DNA of 64,000 nucleotides from an uncultured Verrucomicrobiota bacterium (GTDB lineage Bacteria; Verrucomicrobiota; Kiritimatiellia; CAIQIC01; Lenti-01): NCBI GenBank assembly GCA_938003985.1, contig CALKWZ010000031.1, positions 4,173 to 68,172 of the forward strand, read 5' to 3'. Shown piece by piece: positions 26,368 to 35,025 of this stretch (position 1 is its first letter; each line of letters starts with the position of its first letter). The notes under the pieces were generated by a model. It saw only the letters and a program-made list of their open reading frames with translations, ran no database searches and was not told where the DNA came from. The position numbers and the translations under genes were made by a program.

Positions 26368-27633
26368 CTACATCGGCGGCGGTCCGCCGCCGCCGCGCGG
26401 ACGCGGGGGCATGAACGGAGATTTTCCGCTCGTTTTCGCAGTCTTGTCCGCCGCCGTCTGGATGCCCGTCGCGATCAAGGTGCCATCCGCCGGACCGGGC
26501 TCCAGCACTTCCGTCCAGTTCCCGTCGCTGATCCCGGGCCGCACCGGCTGCCGGCGCAAGCCGCCCGAATCGTCCAGCGCATAGACCGTCTTGCGGTCGG
26601 TAGCGGCGGCGGCGCGGCGCGCTTCTTGCCGCGGGCGACCATCGCGGCCGGTGCCTTCCGGCTTTCCGGCCGGACGCTCCGGCTCCGCGACGACGGCGCC
26701 GTCCGGCGGCCGGAACCGCAGGGCGGCGTTGGGCAGGCGCAGGACGTTTTCGCGCCGGGCCGTTTCGATCGTGGCGTTGGCCGTCATGCCCGGCCGCAGC
26801 TTGAGGTCGGAGTTGTCGACGTCCACGATCGCGACGTAGTTCACCACGCCTTGGTTGGTGACGGGCTCGTAGCGCACCTGGTCGACCGTGCCGGCGAAGG
26901 TCCGCGCCGGATAGGCGTCCACGGTGAACGTCACGGCCTGGCCTTCCGCCACGCCGCCCACGTCGGCCTCCGAAATCTGCGCCTCGATGCGCATCGCGCG
27001 CAAATCCTGCGCCAGCGTGAACAGCGTCGGCGCGTTGAGGCTGGCCGCCACCGTCTGGCCGACGTCCACCGCCCGCGAAATCACCACGCCGTCCATCGGC
27101 GAAAAGATGGTGGTCTTTTCCAGGTCCACCCGGACTTTGCTGAGATTGGCTTCTTTCATCCGCAGCGAGGCCTGGGCCTGGGCCAGCGAAGCTTCCGATT
27201 GGTCGTAATCGGCCTGGCTGACGAGCTCCAGCCCGCGCAGTTCCTTCGCCCGCCGGAAATTGGCTTCCGCGAGCCGCAGCGAAGCCTGCGCGCTTTCCCG
27301 CTCGGCCTCCGCCTGTTCCAGTTGCCGTTCGTAGGTCGAGGCGTCCAATTTGGCCAGGATCTGGCCATTGGTCACGGCCGAATTGTAGTCCGCGAACAGT
27401 TCGACGATCTTGCCCGACACCTCGCTGCCGACCGTCACGGTCTGCACCGCGCCCAGCGCGCCGTTGGCCGTCACCGTTTGGACGATATCCCCGCGCTCCA
27501 GCGCGACGGTCTTGTAGGCCGGGCCGGCGGCGGACGCCGCCCCGCGGAAATGGAACCACGCCCAAGCGCCTCCGCCGGCCGCGGCCAGCGTCAAAATCCA
27601 ATACAGCCACGCCTTGCTATTCTTCGTCTGCAT
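26368..27633 (-). CDS. HlyD/MacA-family periplasmic adaptor (membrane fusion protein)
   Basis: 421 aa; N-terminal TM anchor, coiled-coil hairpin, beta-barrel and membrane-proximal domains; first gene of a four-gene efflux operon. Confidence 0.85.
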   Translation of the reverse strand: MQTKNSKAWLYWILTLAAAGGGAWAWFHFRGAASAAGPAYKTVALERGDIVQTVTANGALGAVQTVTVGSEVSGKIVELFADYNSAVTNGQILAKLDASTYERQLEQAEAERESAQASLRLAEANFRRAKELRGLELVSQADYDQSEASLAQAQASLRMKEANLSKVRVDLEKTTIFSPMDGVVISRAVDVGQTVAASLNAPTLFTLAQDLRAMRIEAQISEADVGGVAEGQAVTFTVDAYPARTFAGTVDQVRYEPVTNQGVVNYVAIVDVDNSDLKLRPGMTANATIETARRENVLRLPNAALRFRPPDGAVVAEPERPAGKPEGTGRDGRPRQEARRAAAATDRKTVYALDDSGGLRRQPVRPGISDGNWTEVLEPGPADGTLIATGIQTAADKTAKTSGKSPFMPPRPRGGGGPPPM

Positions 27634-27737
27634 GTCGTTCTCCGGAGACTTCGGCCGTTCAGTCGCGCAAAACGGGCGGAAGGTTACGTCTTCCGCCCGT
27701 TTCTATCCCTTGCGGGACGAAGAAGAAATGAAAATTC

Positions 27738-29225
27738 CTATCCCTTCAGCATTTCATTGATGGCGGCGGCGGCCCGGCGGCCCTCGCCCATGGCCAGGAT
27801 CACCGTGGCCGCGCCCAACACGATGTCGCCGCCGGCGAACACCCCCGGCAGGCTTGTCCGGCCGTTTTCGTCGACGACGATGTGGCCGTACTTGTCGACG
27901 GCCAACCCGGGCGTGGTCTGTTCGATCAGGGGGTTCGACTCGTTGCCGATCGCCACGATCACCGCATCCATGGGCAGCGTGAATTCGCTGCCTTTGATTT
28001 CGACGGGGCGCCGGCGCCCGCTGGCGTCGGGCTCGCCCAGTTCGTAGCGCAGGCATTCGAGGCCCGTCACCTTGCCGCCTTCGCCCAGGATCCGCTTGGC
28101 GTTCTGGAGCATGTGGAACTGGACGCCTTCTTCCTTGGCATGGGCCACTTCTTCCACGCGCGCGGGCATTTCGACTTCCGTGCGGCGATAGATCAGGTGC
28201 ACTTCCTTCGCGCCGAGGCGCAGGGCGGTGCGCGCCGCGTCCATCGCGACGTTGCCGCCGCCGAGCACCGCCACCCGCTGCGCCGCATGGATCGGCGTGA
28301 CGGCCCGTTCGCGGTCGTAGGCCTTCATCAGGTTCGACCGCGTCAGGTACTCGTTGGCCGAATACACGCCGACGAGGTTTTCGCCCTCGATGTTCATGAA
28401 CTTCGGCAGGCCGGCGCCCGAGCCGACAAAGACGGCGTCGAAGCCGTCCTTGTCGATCAGGTCGGTGATCTTGCGCGTGCGCCCCACCACGAAATTCGTG
28501 CGGATTTCCACGCCCATCTGCCGCAGCGTGTCGAGTTCCGCCCGGACGATGGCCTTCGGCAGGCGGAATTCCGGAATGCCGTAGACCAGCACGCCGCCGG
28601 CCTTGTGGAAGGCCTCGAACAGCACCACCTCGTGGCCCGCGCGGCGCACGTCGGCGGCGACGGTGATCCCCGCCGGCCCGCTGCCCACCACGGCCACTTT
28701 CTTGCCCGTGGCCGGCGCCACGACCGGCGCCGCCGCCGCGCCCTTGGCCCGCTCCCAATCGGCCACGTAGCGTTCCAGGCGGCCGATCGACACGGCCTTT
28801 TCCACGGATTTGAGGCTCTTGCCCACCGTGCACGGCTCCTGGCACTGGGTTTCCTGCGGACAGACCCGCCCGCAGACCGCCGGCAAAAGGCTGGTTTCCT
28901 TGATGATCGCGATGGCCTGGGCCATGTCGCCTGCCGCGATGGCCGCGATGAATTGAGGAATCCGGATCCGCACGGGGCAGCCCTGCACGCAGGGCGCGTT
29001 CTTGCACTGGAGGCAGCGCGCCGCTTCGACCCGGGCCTGCTCTTCGAAGTAGCCGATCGCCACTTCCTGCATGTTGCGGGCGCGGGCCAGCGGCTCCTGC
29101 GTCGGCATTTCCTGCATGGGGATCGCCAGCCGGTCCCGCGGCTTCAAGGGCTGGGGCAGCGCCTGGATGCGCGCCCATTCGGCGCGCGCGGCTTCTTGCA
29201 GCGATTCGGGGGTGTGGAAGCTCAT
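27738..29225 (-). CDS. NAD(P)H oxidoreductase, glutamate synthase small-subunit-like (GltD/NfnB/SudA family)
   Basis: 496 aa; two Cys clusters (CLQCKNAPCVQGCP, CGRVCPQETQCQEPC); FAD/NAD(P) Rossmann motifs (VAVVGSGPAGI, VAVLGGGNVAMD). Confidence 0.8.
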   Translation of the reverse strand: MSFHTPESLQEAARAEWARIQALPQPLKPRDRLAIPMQEMPTQEPLARARNMQEVAIGYFEEQARVEAARCLQCKNAPCVQGCPVRIRIPQFIAAIAAGDMAQAIAIIKETSLLPAVCGRVCPQETQCQEPCTVGKSLKSVEKAVSIGRLERYVADWERAKGAAAAPVVAPATGKKVAVVGSGPAGITVAADVRRAGHEVVLFEAFHKAGGVLVYGIPEFRLPKAIVRAELDTLRQMGVEIRTNFVVGRTRKITDLIDKDGFDAVFVGSGAGLPKFMNIEGENLVGVYSANEYLTRSNLMKAYDRERAVTPIHAAQRVAVLGGGNVAMDAARTALRLGAKEVHLIYRRTEVEMPARVEEVAHAKEEGVQFHMLQNAKRILGEGGKVTGLECLRYELGEPDASGRRRPVEIKGSEFTLPMDAVIVAIGNESNPLIEQTTPGLAVDKYGHIVVDENGRTSLPGVFAGGDIVLGAATVILAMGEGRRAAAAINEMLKG

Positions 29226-30076
29226 TCCCGCAGTCCTTTTTTGACGGCTTCGTCGTGCAGGTTGCAGCCCGCCGCCGCGATCTTCTCCTGCTCCCGGTAC
29301 GAACTCAACCGCGCGATCATCTGGTCGAACTCCACCTGGTGGCCGTCGAATTCCGGCCCGTCCACGCACACGAACTTCGTCTTGCCGCCCACGGTCACGC
29401 GACAGCCGCCGCACATGCCCGTGCCGTCGATCATGATGGTGTTCAAGCTGACCACCGTCGGCACCGCGTACGGCTGCGTCGTGCGCGCGCAGAACTTCAT
29501 CATGACCGGCGGACCGATCGCCACCGCCAGATCCGGCTTGGGCGTTTGCTCGCACAGTTCCTTCAGCGGCTCCGTCACGAGGCCCTTCCGGCCGTACGAC
29601 CCGTCGTCGGTGCAGACGACGACTTCGTCGGCGATCGCCCGCATCTCTTTCTCCAGGATCACCAGCTCCTTCGTCCGTGCGCCGATGATCACGATCAGCT
29701 TGTTCCCCGCCCGCTTCATGCCCTGCGCGATCGGATAGAGCGGCGCCGTGCCGATGCCGCCGCCCACGCAGACCACCGTCCCGAACTTCTCGATATGCGT
29801 CGGCTTGCCCAGCGGCCCCACCAGATTCGCGATTTTTTCGCCGACCTGCATCTGCGCCAGCAGTTTCGTGCTCTTGCCCACCGCCTGGAAGATCAGCGTG
29901 ATGCTCCCTTCCGCGGCGTCCGCATCGGCGATCGTCAGCGGAATCCGCTCCCCGAACTCCGTGTCCAGCTGCAGGATGATGAACTGCCCCGGCTGGCGCT
30001 CTTCCGCGATCAGCGGCGCCCGCACCCGCATCCGGTACACGTCCTGCGAGAGCTGCTCCTTGAATAGAATCTGGTT
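29222..30076 (-). CDS. Ferredoxin-NADP reductase-like electron-transfer subunit (NfnA/SudB/PyrK family)
   Basis: 284 aa; FAD-binding RxYS-like region, NAD-binding GGIGTAP, C-terminal Cys cluster (GTGMCGGCRV...CVDGP); ATGA overlap with the gltD-like gene. Confidence 0.75.
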   Translation of the reverse strand, partial: NQILFKEQLSQDVYRMRVRAPLIAEERQPGQFIILQLDTEFGERIPLTIADADAAEGSITLIFQAVGKSTKLLAQMQVGEKIANLVGPLGKPTHIEKFGTVVCVGGGIGTAPLYPIAQGMKRAGNKLIVIIGARTKELVILEKEMRAIADEVVVCTDDGSYGRKGLVTEPLKELCEQTPKPDLAVAIGPPVMMKFCARTTQPYAVPTVVSLNTIMIDGTGMCGGCRVTVGGKTKFVCVDGPEFDGHQVEFDQMIARLSSYREQEKIAAAGCNLHDEAVKKGLRE

Positions 30077-30216
30077 CATGCGTTCCGGTCTCCTGCCCGT
30101 GACAATATTGTCGGATACTAGCGGCCGCCCCGCGCGCCGCAAAGGATTTTAATCGTTTTTTGAGGAAATCGCCGCCCGCTCCGGCTATGCTTCGGCCAGC
30201 GGAAAGGGAACTGGCC

Positions 30217-30969
30217 ATGAAACCTTGGATGCTTCTCGGCGCGGTTTGCGCCGTTCTTGCGGGCGCCTGCGGCTGCGGCGATTCGTCCGCCGATTCCGAC
30301 GAGGCCGTCGTCTTCGGCCAGGACCGCAACGGCCAAACCGTCGCGCTGGCCGTCGGCGCGTCCTTGGCCGTCGAACTGGCCGGGAATCCCACCACCGGTT
30401 ACGAATGGACCGTCGCGCAGATCGACTCCGCCCACTTGCGCCTCGCGGGTTCGACCTATGCCGCCGAATCGTCCGCCGTCGGCTCCGGCGGCACCTACGT
30501 TTTCCGGTTTGAAACCCTCCGGGCCGGGCGCACGGTTCTCGGCCTCGTTTATCGCCGTTCCTGGGAAACCACCGCCGCCGACCAGACGTTCACCTTGACC
30601 GTGGATATCCGCGACGGCGACGATTCATCCGGCGCGGCAGCGCTTGAAAACACCCGCTGGAAACTCGCCGCGTGGTCCGCCGGTTCCCTGAACCCCGCCG
30701 GGTTCGACGTCACCGCCGAATTCGCCGACGGCCGGATCGGCGGCCGTTCCGCCGTCAATTCGTACGGCGGCGACTATTCCGCGGCGGCCGACGGCCGGTT
30801 CTCCGTCGGCGCGCTGGCCATGACGGAAATGGCCGGCGAACCCGCGGCCATGGAAGCCGAAAGCCTCTACCACGCCCTCCTCGGCCAGGTCGATCGTTGG
30901 CGCATTGCCAACGGGCAGCTCGTGCTTTCCGGCGCGGGACAGGATTTGCTGATCTTCGATCCCCGCTGA
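30217..30969 (+). CDS. Lipoprotein with N-terminal chagasin-family (I42) cysteine-peptidase inhibitor domain fused to a C-terminal META/HslJ-like domain
   Basis: 250 aa; lipobox LAGAC; chagasin signature motifs (NPTTGYEW, GSGGTYVFRFE); C-terminal half has META-like repeats. Confidence 0.65.
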   Translation: MKPWMLLGAVCAVLAGACGCGDSSADSDEAVVFGQDRNGQTVALAVGASLAVELAGNPTTGYEWTVAQIDSAHLRLAGSTYAAESSAVGSGGTYVFRFETLRAGRTVLGLVYRRSWETTAADQTFTLTVDIRDGDDSSGAAALENTRWKLAAWSAGSLNPAGFDVTAEFADGRIGGRSAVNSYGGDYSAAADGRFSVGALAMTEMAGEPAAMEAESLYHALLGQVDRWRIANGQLVLSGAGQDLLIFDPR

Positions 30970-30990
30970 ACGCGATCCGCCGCGATCCGG

Positions 30991-31650
30991 TTAATACAGG
31001 GATTCCGCCGCGGGCGGCGGCCCTTCCTGTTCGACGTCCACCTCCGGTTTCGGCACGTGGAACTGCCGGCGGCAGGCCGGACATTCGACGAACTGGCCGC
31101 GCTTGGCGCGGTCGACCATGACGACGAAGTAGCAGAACGGGCAGGCATGCTGGACGGGCGCGTTGGGATCCTGGACCAGCATGGGCTGGAAGCACGTCGA
31201 GCATTCGATGGACTGGCCCCAGAGATTTTCGGCCACCAGCACGGCGGATTGGCAGAAGGGGCAGACGAACCGGGCCGTCTTGTGGGGCACTTTCAGCGGC
31301 GCGGCGCAATCCGGACATTGGACGATCAGCCCCGCCCCCGCTTCGTCCACTTCCAGATGCTTGCCGCAGGCCGGGCACTTGAAATGCACGTTCAGCCCGC
31401 GCGGCGCATTCGCCGCGGGATGGCGCGCGGAAAACGTCCGCCGGCAGGTCGAGCATTCGATTTCCTGCCCCGCGAGATTCGCCGCCGCCAGAACCCCGAC
31501 GTGGCAATGGGGGCACACGCACTTGGCGACTTGCTCGGGCACCCGGATCGGCGCTTCGCAATCCGTGCAGCGAACGATCAGTCCCGCCCCGGCCTCGTCG
31601 ACCTCCAGATGCTTGCCGCAAGCGGAACAGACAAAGTGGATGGCGTACAT
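30991..31650 (-). CDS. Internally duplicated multi-zinc-ribbon protein
   Basis: 219 aa; two roughly 90-aa repeats, each with two CxxC...CxxC ribbons (FxCxACGKHLEVDEAGAGLIVxCxDCxAP and CPxCxxxVLxAxNLxGQxIECSTC), plus a fifth C-terminal ribbon; GC3-rich. Confidence 0.6.
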   Translation of the reverse strand: MYAIHFVCSACGKHLEVDEAGAGLIVRCTDCEAPIRVPEQVAKCVCPHCHVGVLAAANLAGQEIECSTCRRTFSARHPAANAPRGLNVHFKCPACGKHLEVDEAGAGLIVQCPDCAAPLKVPHKTARFVCPFCQSAVLVAENLWGQSIECSTCFQPMLVQDPNAPVQHACPFCYFVVMVDRAKRGQFVECPACRRQFHVPKPEVDVEQEGPPPAAESLY

Positions 31651-31785
31651 GGTCGCAAATCTCCTGCCTACCCGACGAAACCCCGCCGGACGGACCGCCC
31701 GCCCACGACCGGTCTTCGCCTGACAACAAAAGATTAGCAGGGCTCCCCCGACCGCCGCAAGGCCGGATTTCCGCGGCCGGACCGG

Positions 31786-31950
31786 CTAGAACAGGGTATA
31801 GATGAAGGGGGCCGCCGAGGATCCGGCGAAGATCAGCACGGACAGCAGAAGCAGGACAAGCACGACGGGCACGATCCACCAGGCCTTGTTGTGCCAGGCG
31901 AATTCGCCGAATTCCTTGAGGAGGACGCCGAGATATTTCAACACTTTCAT
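31786..31950 (-). CDS. Small membrane protein (54 aa), SxtK/DUF5989-like, absent from the ORF track
   Basis: Manual translation: MKVLKYLGVLLKEFGEFAWHNKAWWIVPVVLVLLLLSVLIFAGSSAAPFIYTLF; one TM helix; ATG 19 bp downstream of the carbamoyltransferase stop on the same strand. Confidence 0.55.
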   Translation of the reverse strand: MKVLKYLGVLLKEFGEFAWHNKAWWIVPVVLVLLLLSVLIFAGSSAAPFIYTLF

Positions 31951-31969
31951 GGGCGGCTTTCCGATGGGG

Positions 31970-33799
31970 TTAGTCCAACACGAAATCCTTGCGCCAGTTG
32001 GCGCTGTCCCGGAACGGCGGCTGCTGTTGCTTGTCGAGCACGTAGGACCCGAGCACGAGGTAATCCATCTCGGTGCGCATGAAGCAGCGGTAGGCGTCCT
32101 CGGGCGTGCAGACGATGGGTTCGCCGCGGACGTTGAACGACGTGTTGATGATCACGCCGCAGCCGGTCCGTTCCTCGAAGGCCTTGAGGAGGTCGTAATA
32201 GCGCGGGCTGGTCTCGCGGTTGACGGTCTGCACCCGCGCGGAATAGTCCACGTGGGTGATGGCGGGCACGTCCGACCGCACCTGGTTGATGCGCTCGCGG
32301 GCGGCCAGCTTCTCGGCCCCCTCCAGGCCGATGCAGCGCTCCTTGCGGACCTGCGCGACCAGCAGCATGTAGGGCGACGGCCGGTCGAGTTCGAAATAAT
32401 CGGACACCCGCTCCTCGAGGCACGACGGCGCGAAGGGGCGGAAGGATTCCCGGTACTTGATCTTCAGGTTCATGATGGACTGCATCTTCGGCGAACGCGC
32501 GTCGCCGACGATGGATCGCCCGCCCAGCGCGCGCGGACCGAACTCCATCCGCCCTTGGCACAGACCGACGACGTTTTCCTCCGCGATCAATTTGGCGATC
32601 GCGGGCGCCCAGTTCCCCGGCTCGTGCTTCACGGCGGGATAGCCCTTGGCGGCCAGGAACGCGCCGATTTCGTCGTCGGAAAATTCCGGCCCCAGATAGG
32701 CGCCGTTCATCTGGTCGCGGCGGTTGTCGGCGGCGCGGGGCTGGTCCTTGATCTGATGCCAGGCGACCAAAGCGCAGCCGAGGGCGCCGCCGGCGTCGCC
32801 GGCGGCGGGCTGGATCCAGACGTCGTCGAAGATGCCTTCGCGCAACAACCGGCCGTTGGCCACGCAGTTGAGCGCGACGCCGCCGGCCAGGCAGAGGCGC
32901 TTTTCCCCGGTGATTTCGCGGGCATGGCGCGCCATGTTCAGCACGACGTCTTCGGTGACGACCTGGATGGAGGCCGCGATGTCCATCTCGCGCTGGGTCA
33001 GGTCGGACTCGGCTTGGCGCGCCGGCCCCCCGAACAGCTCCGCAAAGCGGTCGTTGGTCATGGTCAGGCCGTCGAGATAGCCGAAACAGTCGAGGTTGAG
33101 GCGGAACGAACCGTCCGGACGCAGATCGAGCAGCTTCTCGCGGATGAGGTCCACGTAGACGGGCCGGCCGTAGGGCGCCAACCCCATCAGCTTGTATTCG
33201 CCGGAATTGACCTTGAAGCCGGTGAAATAGGTGAACGCCGAATACAGCAGTCCCAAGGAGTGCGGGAAGCGCAGTTCCTCGAGAATCTCGATCCGGTTGC
33301 CCCGGCCGTGGCCGATCGTGCTGGTGGCCCACTCGCCGACGCCGTCGATGGTCAGGATGGCGGCGCTTTCGAACGGCGAAGGATAGAACGCACTGCCGGC
33401 ATGCGACTCGTGGTGCTCGGGGAAAAACGTCTCGGGCGGCATCGGGATGCCCGCCCGTTCCAGCGCCGATTCGATTTCCAGCGGGATCCAGAGCTTCTGC
33501 TTGAGCCAGACGGGCAGCGCCTGCATGAAGGAGCGCAGCCCCCGCGGCGCGACGCCCGCGTAGGTTTCGAGAATGCGGGCGAACTTGTTGATCGGCTTGT
33601 CGTAGAAGGCCACCGCGTCCAGTTGGCCGGGCGCGACGCCGCCTTCGGCCAGGCAATAGCGGACGGCCTGGACGGGAAAACCGGCATCGTGCTTCTTGCG
33701 CGTGAAACGCTCCTCCTGCGCGGCGGCGACGATCCGTCCGTCGCGGACGAGGGCCGCGGCGGAGTCGTGGTAGAACGCGCTGATGCCGAGGATGTTCAT
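31970..33799 (-). CDS. Carbamoyltransferase (NodU/CmcH/HypF-like family)
   Basis: 609 aa from ATG 33799; N-terminal MNILGISAFYHDSAAALVRDGRIVAAAQEERFTRKKHD and C-terminal YcaO-like halves characteristic of O-carbamoyltransferases. Confidence 0.85.
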   Translation of the reverse strand: MNILGISAFYHDSAAALVRDGRIVAAAQEERFTRKKHDAGFPVQAVRYCLAEGGVAPGQLDAVAFYDKPINKFARILETYAGVAPRGLRSFMQALPVWLKQKLWIPLEIESALERAGIPMPPETFFPEHHESHAGSAFYPSPFESAAILTIDGVGEWATSTIGHGRGNRIEILEELRFPHSLGLLYSAFTYFTGFKVNSGEYKLMGLAPYGRPVYVDLIREKLLDLRPDGSFRLNLDCFGYLDGLTMTNDRFAELFGGPARQAESDLTQREMDIAASIQVVTEDVVLNMARHAREITGEKRLCLAGGVALNCVANGRLLREGIFDDVWIQPAAGDAGGALGCALVAWHQIKDQPRAADNRRDQMNGAYLGPEFSDDEIGAFLAAKGYPAVKHEPGNWAPAIAKLIAEENVVGLCQGRMEFGPRALGGRSIVGDARSPKMQSIMNLKIKYRESFRPFAPSCLEERVSDYFELDRPSPYMLLVAQVRKERCIGLEGAEKLAARERINQVRSDVPAITHVDYSARVQTVNRETSPRYYDLLKAFEERTGCGVIINTSFNVRGEPIVCTPEDAYRCFMRTEMDYLVLGSYVLDKQQQPPFRDSANWRKDFVLD

Positions 33800-34251
33800 C
33801 AGAACTGCTTCCGGTATTGGGCCACGTTCCGAACGGGCTTGCGCGGAGTCCAGTAGGTGGGCTCGTCCGAGGGAAACGTCCGGCAGAGGGGATCCTTGCC
33901 GCCGATTTTCTGCGCCAGGCGCAGGCTGCCGAAGCACAGATAGTAGAACGGCACCAGCAACCCCCAGGTCAGAACCGCGCCCACCCCCTTGCCCAGCCCG
34001 CGGCCGAACCGCTCGATGGCGGCGAAAACGGGCGGCAGAAAAAGTCCCGCAGCCAACACCGCGCCCGCCAGGCACCAAACCACGATGCCCATGGCGCGGT
34101 GCTCCAGCCAGAAATACAGGCCCGCGCCGACGATCCCCATGCCGGCGGCTTGCTTCAGCGCCGCTCCGGCCGTGGACGCGGCCACGGGCGGCGAGGCGCT
34201 GGCCCCGCGCCAGTTCCAAACGACCGCAGCCGCCGATTGAACCGTATTCAC
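33799..34251 (-). CDS. Small polytopic membrane protein, SxtJ-like, translationally coupled to the carbamoyltransferase
   Basis: About 150 aa from GTG 34251 (track ORF extends to 34323); three or four TM helices; stop overlaps the carbamoyltransferase ATG (TGATG). Confidence 0.5.
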   Translation of the reverse strand: MNTVQSAAAVVWNWRGASASPPVAASTAGAALKQAAGMGIVGAGLYFWLEHRAMGIVVWCLAGAVLAAGLFLPPVFAAIERFGRGLGKGVGAVLTWGLLVPFYYLCFGSLRLAQKIGGKDPLCRTFPSDEPTYWTPRKPVRNVAQYRKQF

Positions 34252-34288
34252 TTGCTTTCCTCTAGAATCCGCCACCGGAGCAAAAAAG

Positions 34289-34364
<76 letters not shown>

Positions 34365-34458
34365 ACCCAAAGAAAAGTGTTTGGGGTGTATAGCGGGTTT
34401 TGCCTGCCCCTGTCAATACGCTTGCCCGGCGCCGGCAACGGTTTTATCCTGCCGTCCC

Positions 34459-34836
34459 ATGAATCCGCCCTGCCCCTTTTGCGCCCTGCCGGCCGAGCGC
34501 GTCCTCGCCGCCGACGGCCCCTGCGTGGCGTTCCGCGACGGGTTTCCCGTCAGCGCCGGCCATACCCTGATCATTCCCCGGCGCCACGTCGCCTCGTTCC
34601 GCGACTTGACGGCGGACGAATGGGCCGCCGCCCACCGTCTGGCGCAGCGGCTCGCCGCCGAACTCCAGGCCGCCGATCCGACCATCGCCGGCTTCAATTT
34701 CGGCGCCAACGACGGCGAAACGGCCGGCCAATCCGTGTTCCACTGCCACCTGCATCTGATTCCCCGCCGCGTCGGCGACCACCCCGCTCCCCGCGGCGGC
34801 ATCCGCGGCGTCATCCCCGGCCAAGCCCACTACTGA
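34459..34836 (+). CDS. HIT-family (histidine triad) nucleotide hydrolase/transferase
   Basis: 125 aa from ATG 34459; histidine triad HCHLHLIP; N-terminal CPFC motif. Confidence 0.8.
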   Translation: MNPPCPFCALPAERVLAADGPCVAFRDGFPVSAGHTLIIPRRHVASFRDLTADEWAAAHRLAQRLAAELQAADPTIAGFNFGANDGETAGQSVFHCHLHLIPRRVGDHPAPRGGIRGVIPGQAHY

Positions 34837-34884
34837 GCCCCGAAAAGCGAAAACCGGACCCCGCGGGCGCGGCGGTCCGGAACA

Positions 34885-34961
34885 TGGTGTGCCTGGCGGG
34901 GGTCGAACCCACAACCTTTAGCTCCGGAGGCTAACGCTCTGTCCAATTGAGCTACAGGCAC
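34885..34961 (-). tRNA. tRNA-Arg (anticodon CCG)
   Basis: 77-nt cloverleaf from the reverse complement: GTGCCTG-TA-GCTC-AATTGGAC-AGAGC-G-TTAGC-CTCCGGA-GCTAA-AGGTT-GTGGG-TTCGACC-CCCGC-CAGGCAC-A-CCA. Confidence 0.8.
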
Positions 34962-35025
34962 GCCGGAAATCGACTGTTGCGGACACTACGGGGAGCCGCC
35001 CGGTCCGGCAAGCGAAAAAGGCGGT

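Noticed and set aside
31802..33856. 684-aa plus-strand ORF
   Set aside because: Antisense to the carbamoyltransferase. The minus strand encodes the well-conserved NodU/CmcH-like protein and the 54-aa SxtK-like gene.
34381..34458. N-terminal 26 codons of the track ORF 34381..34836 (MGCIAGFACPCQ...)
   Set aside because: This extension would overlap the tRNA-Phe promoter region and is Cys-rich junk. The HIT protein most plausibly starts at ATG 34459 (MNPPCPFC...).
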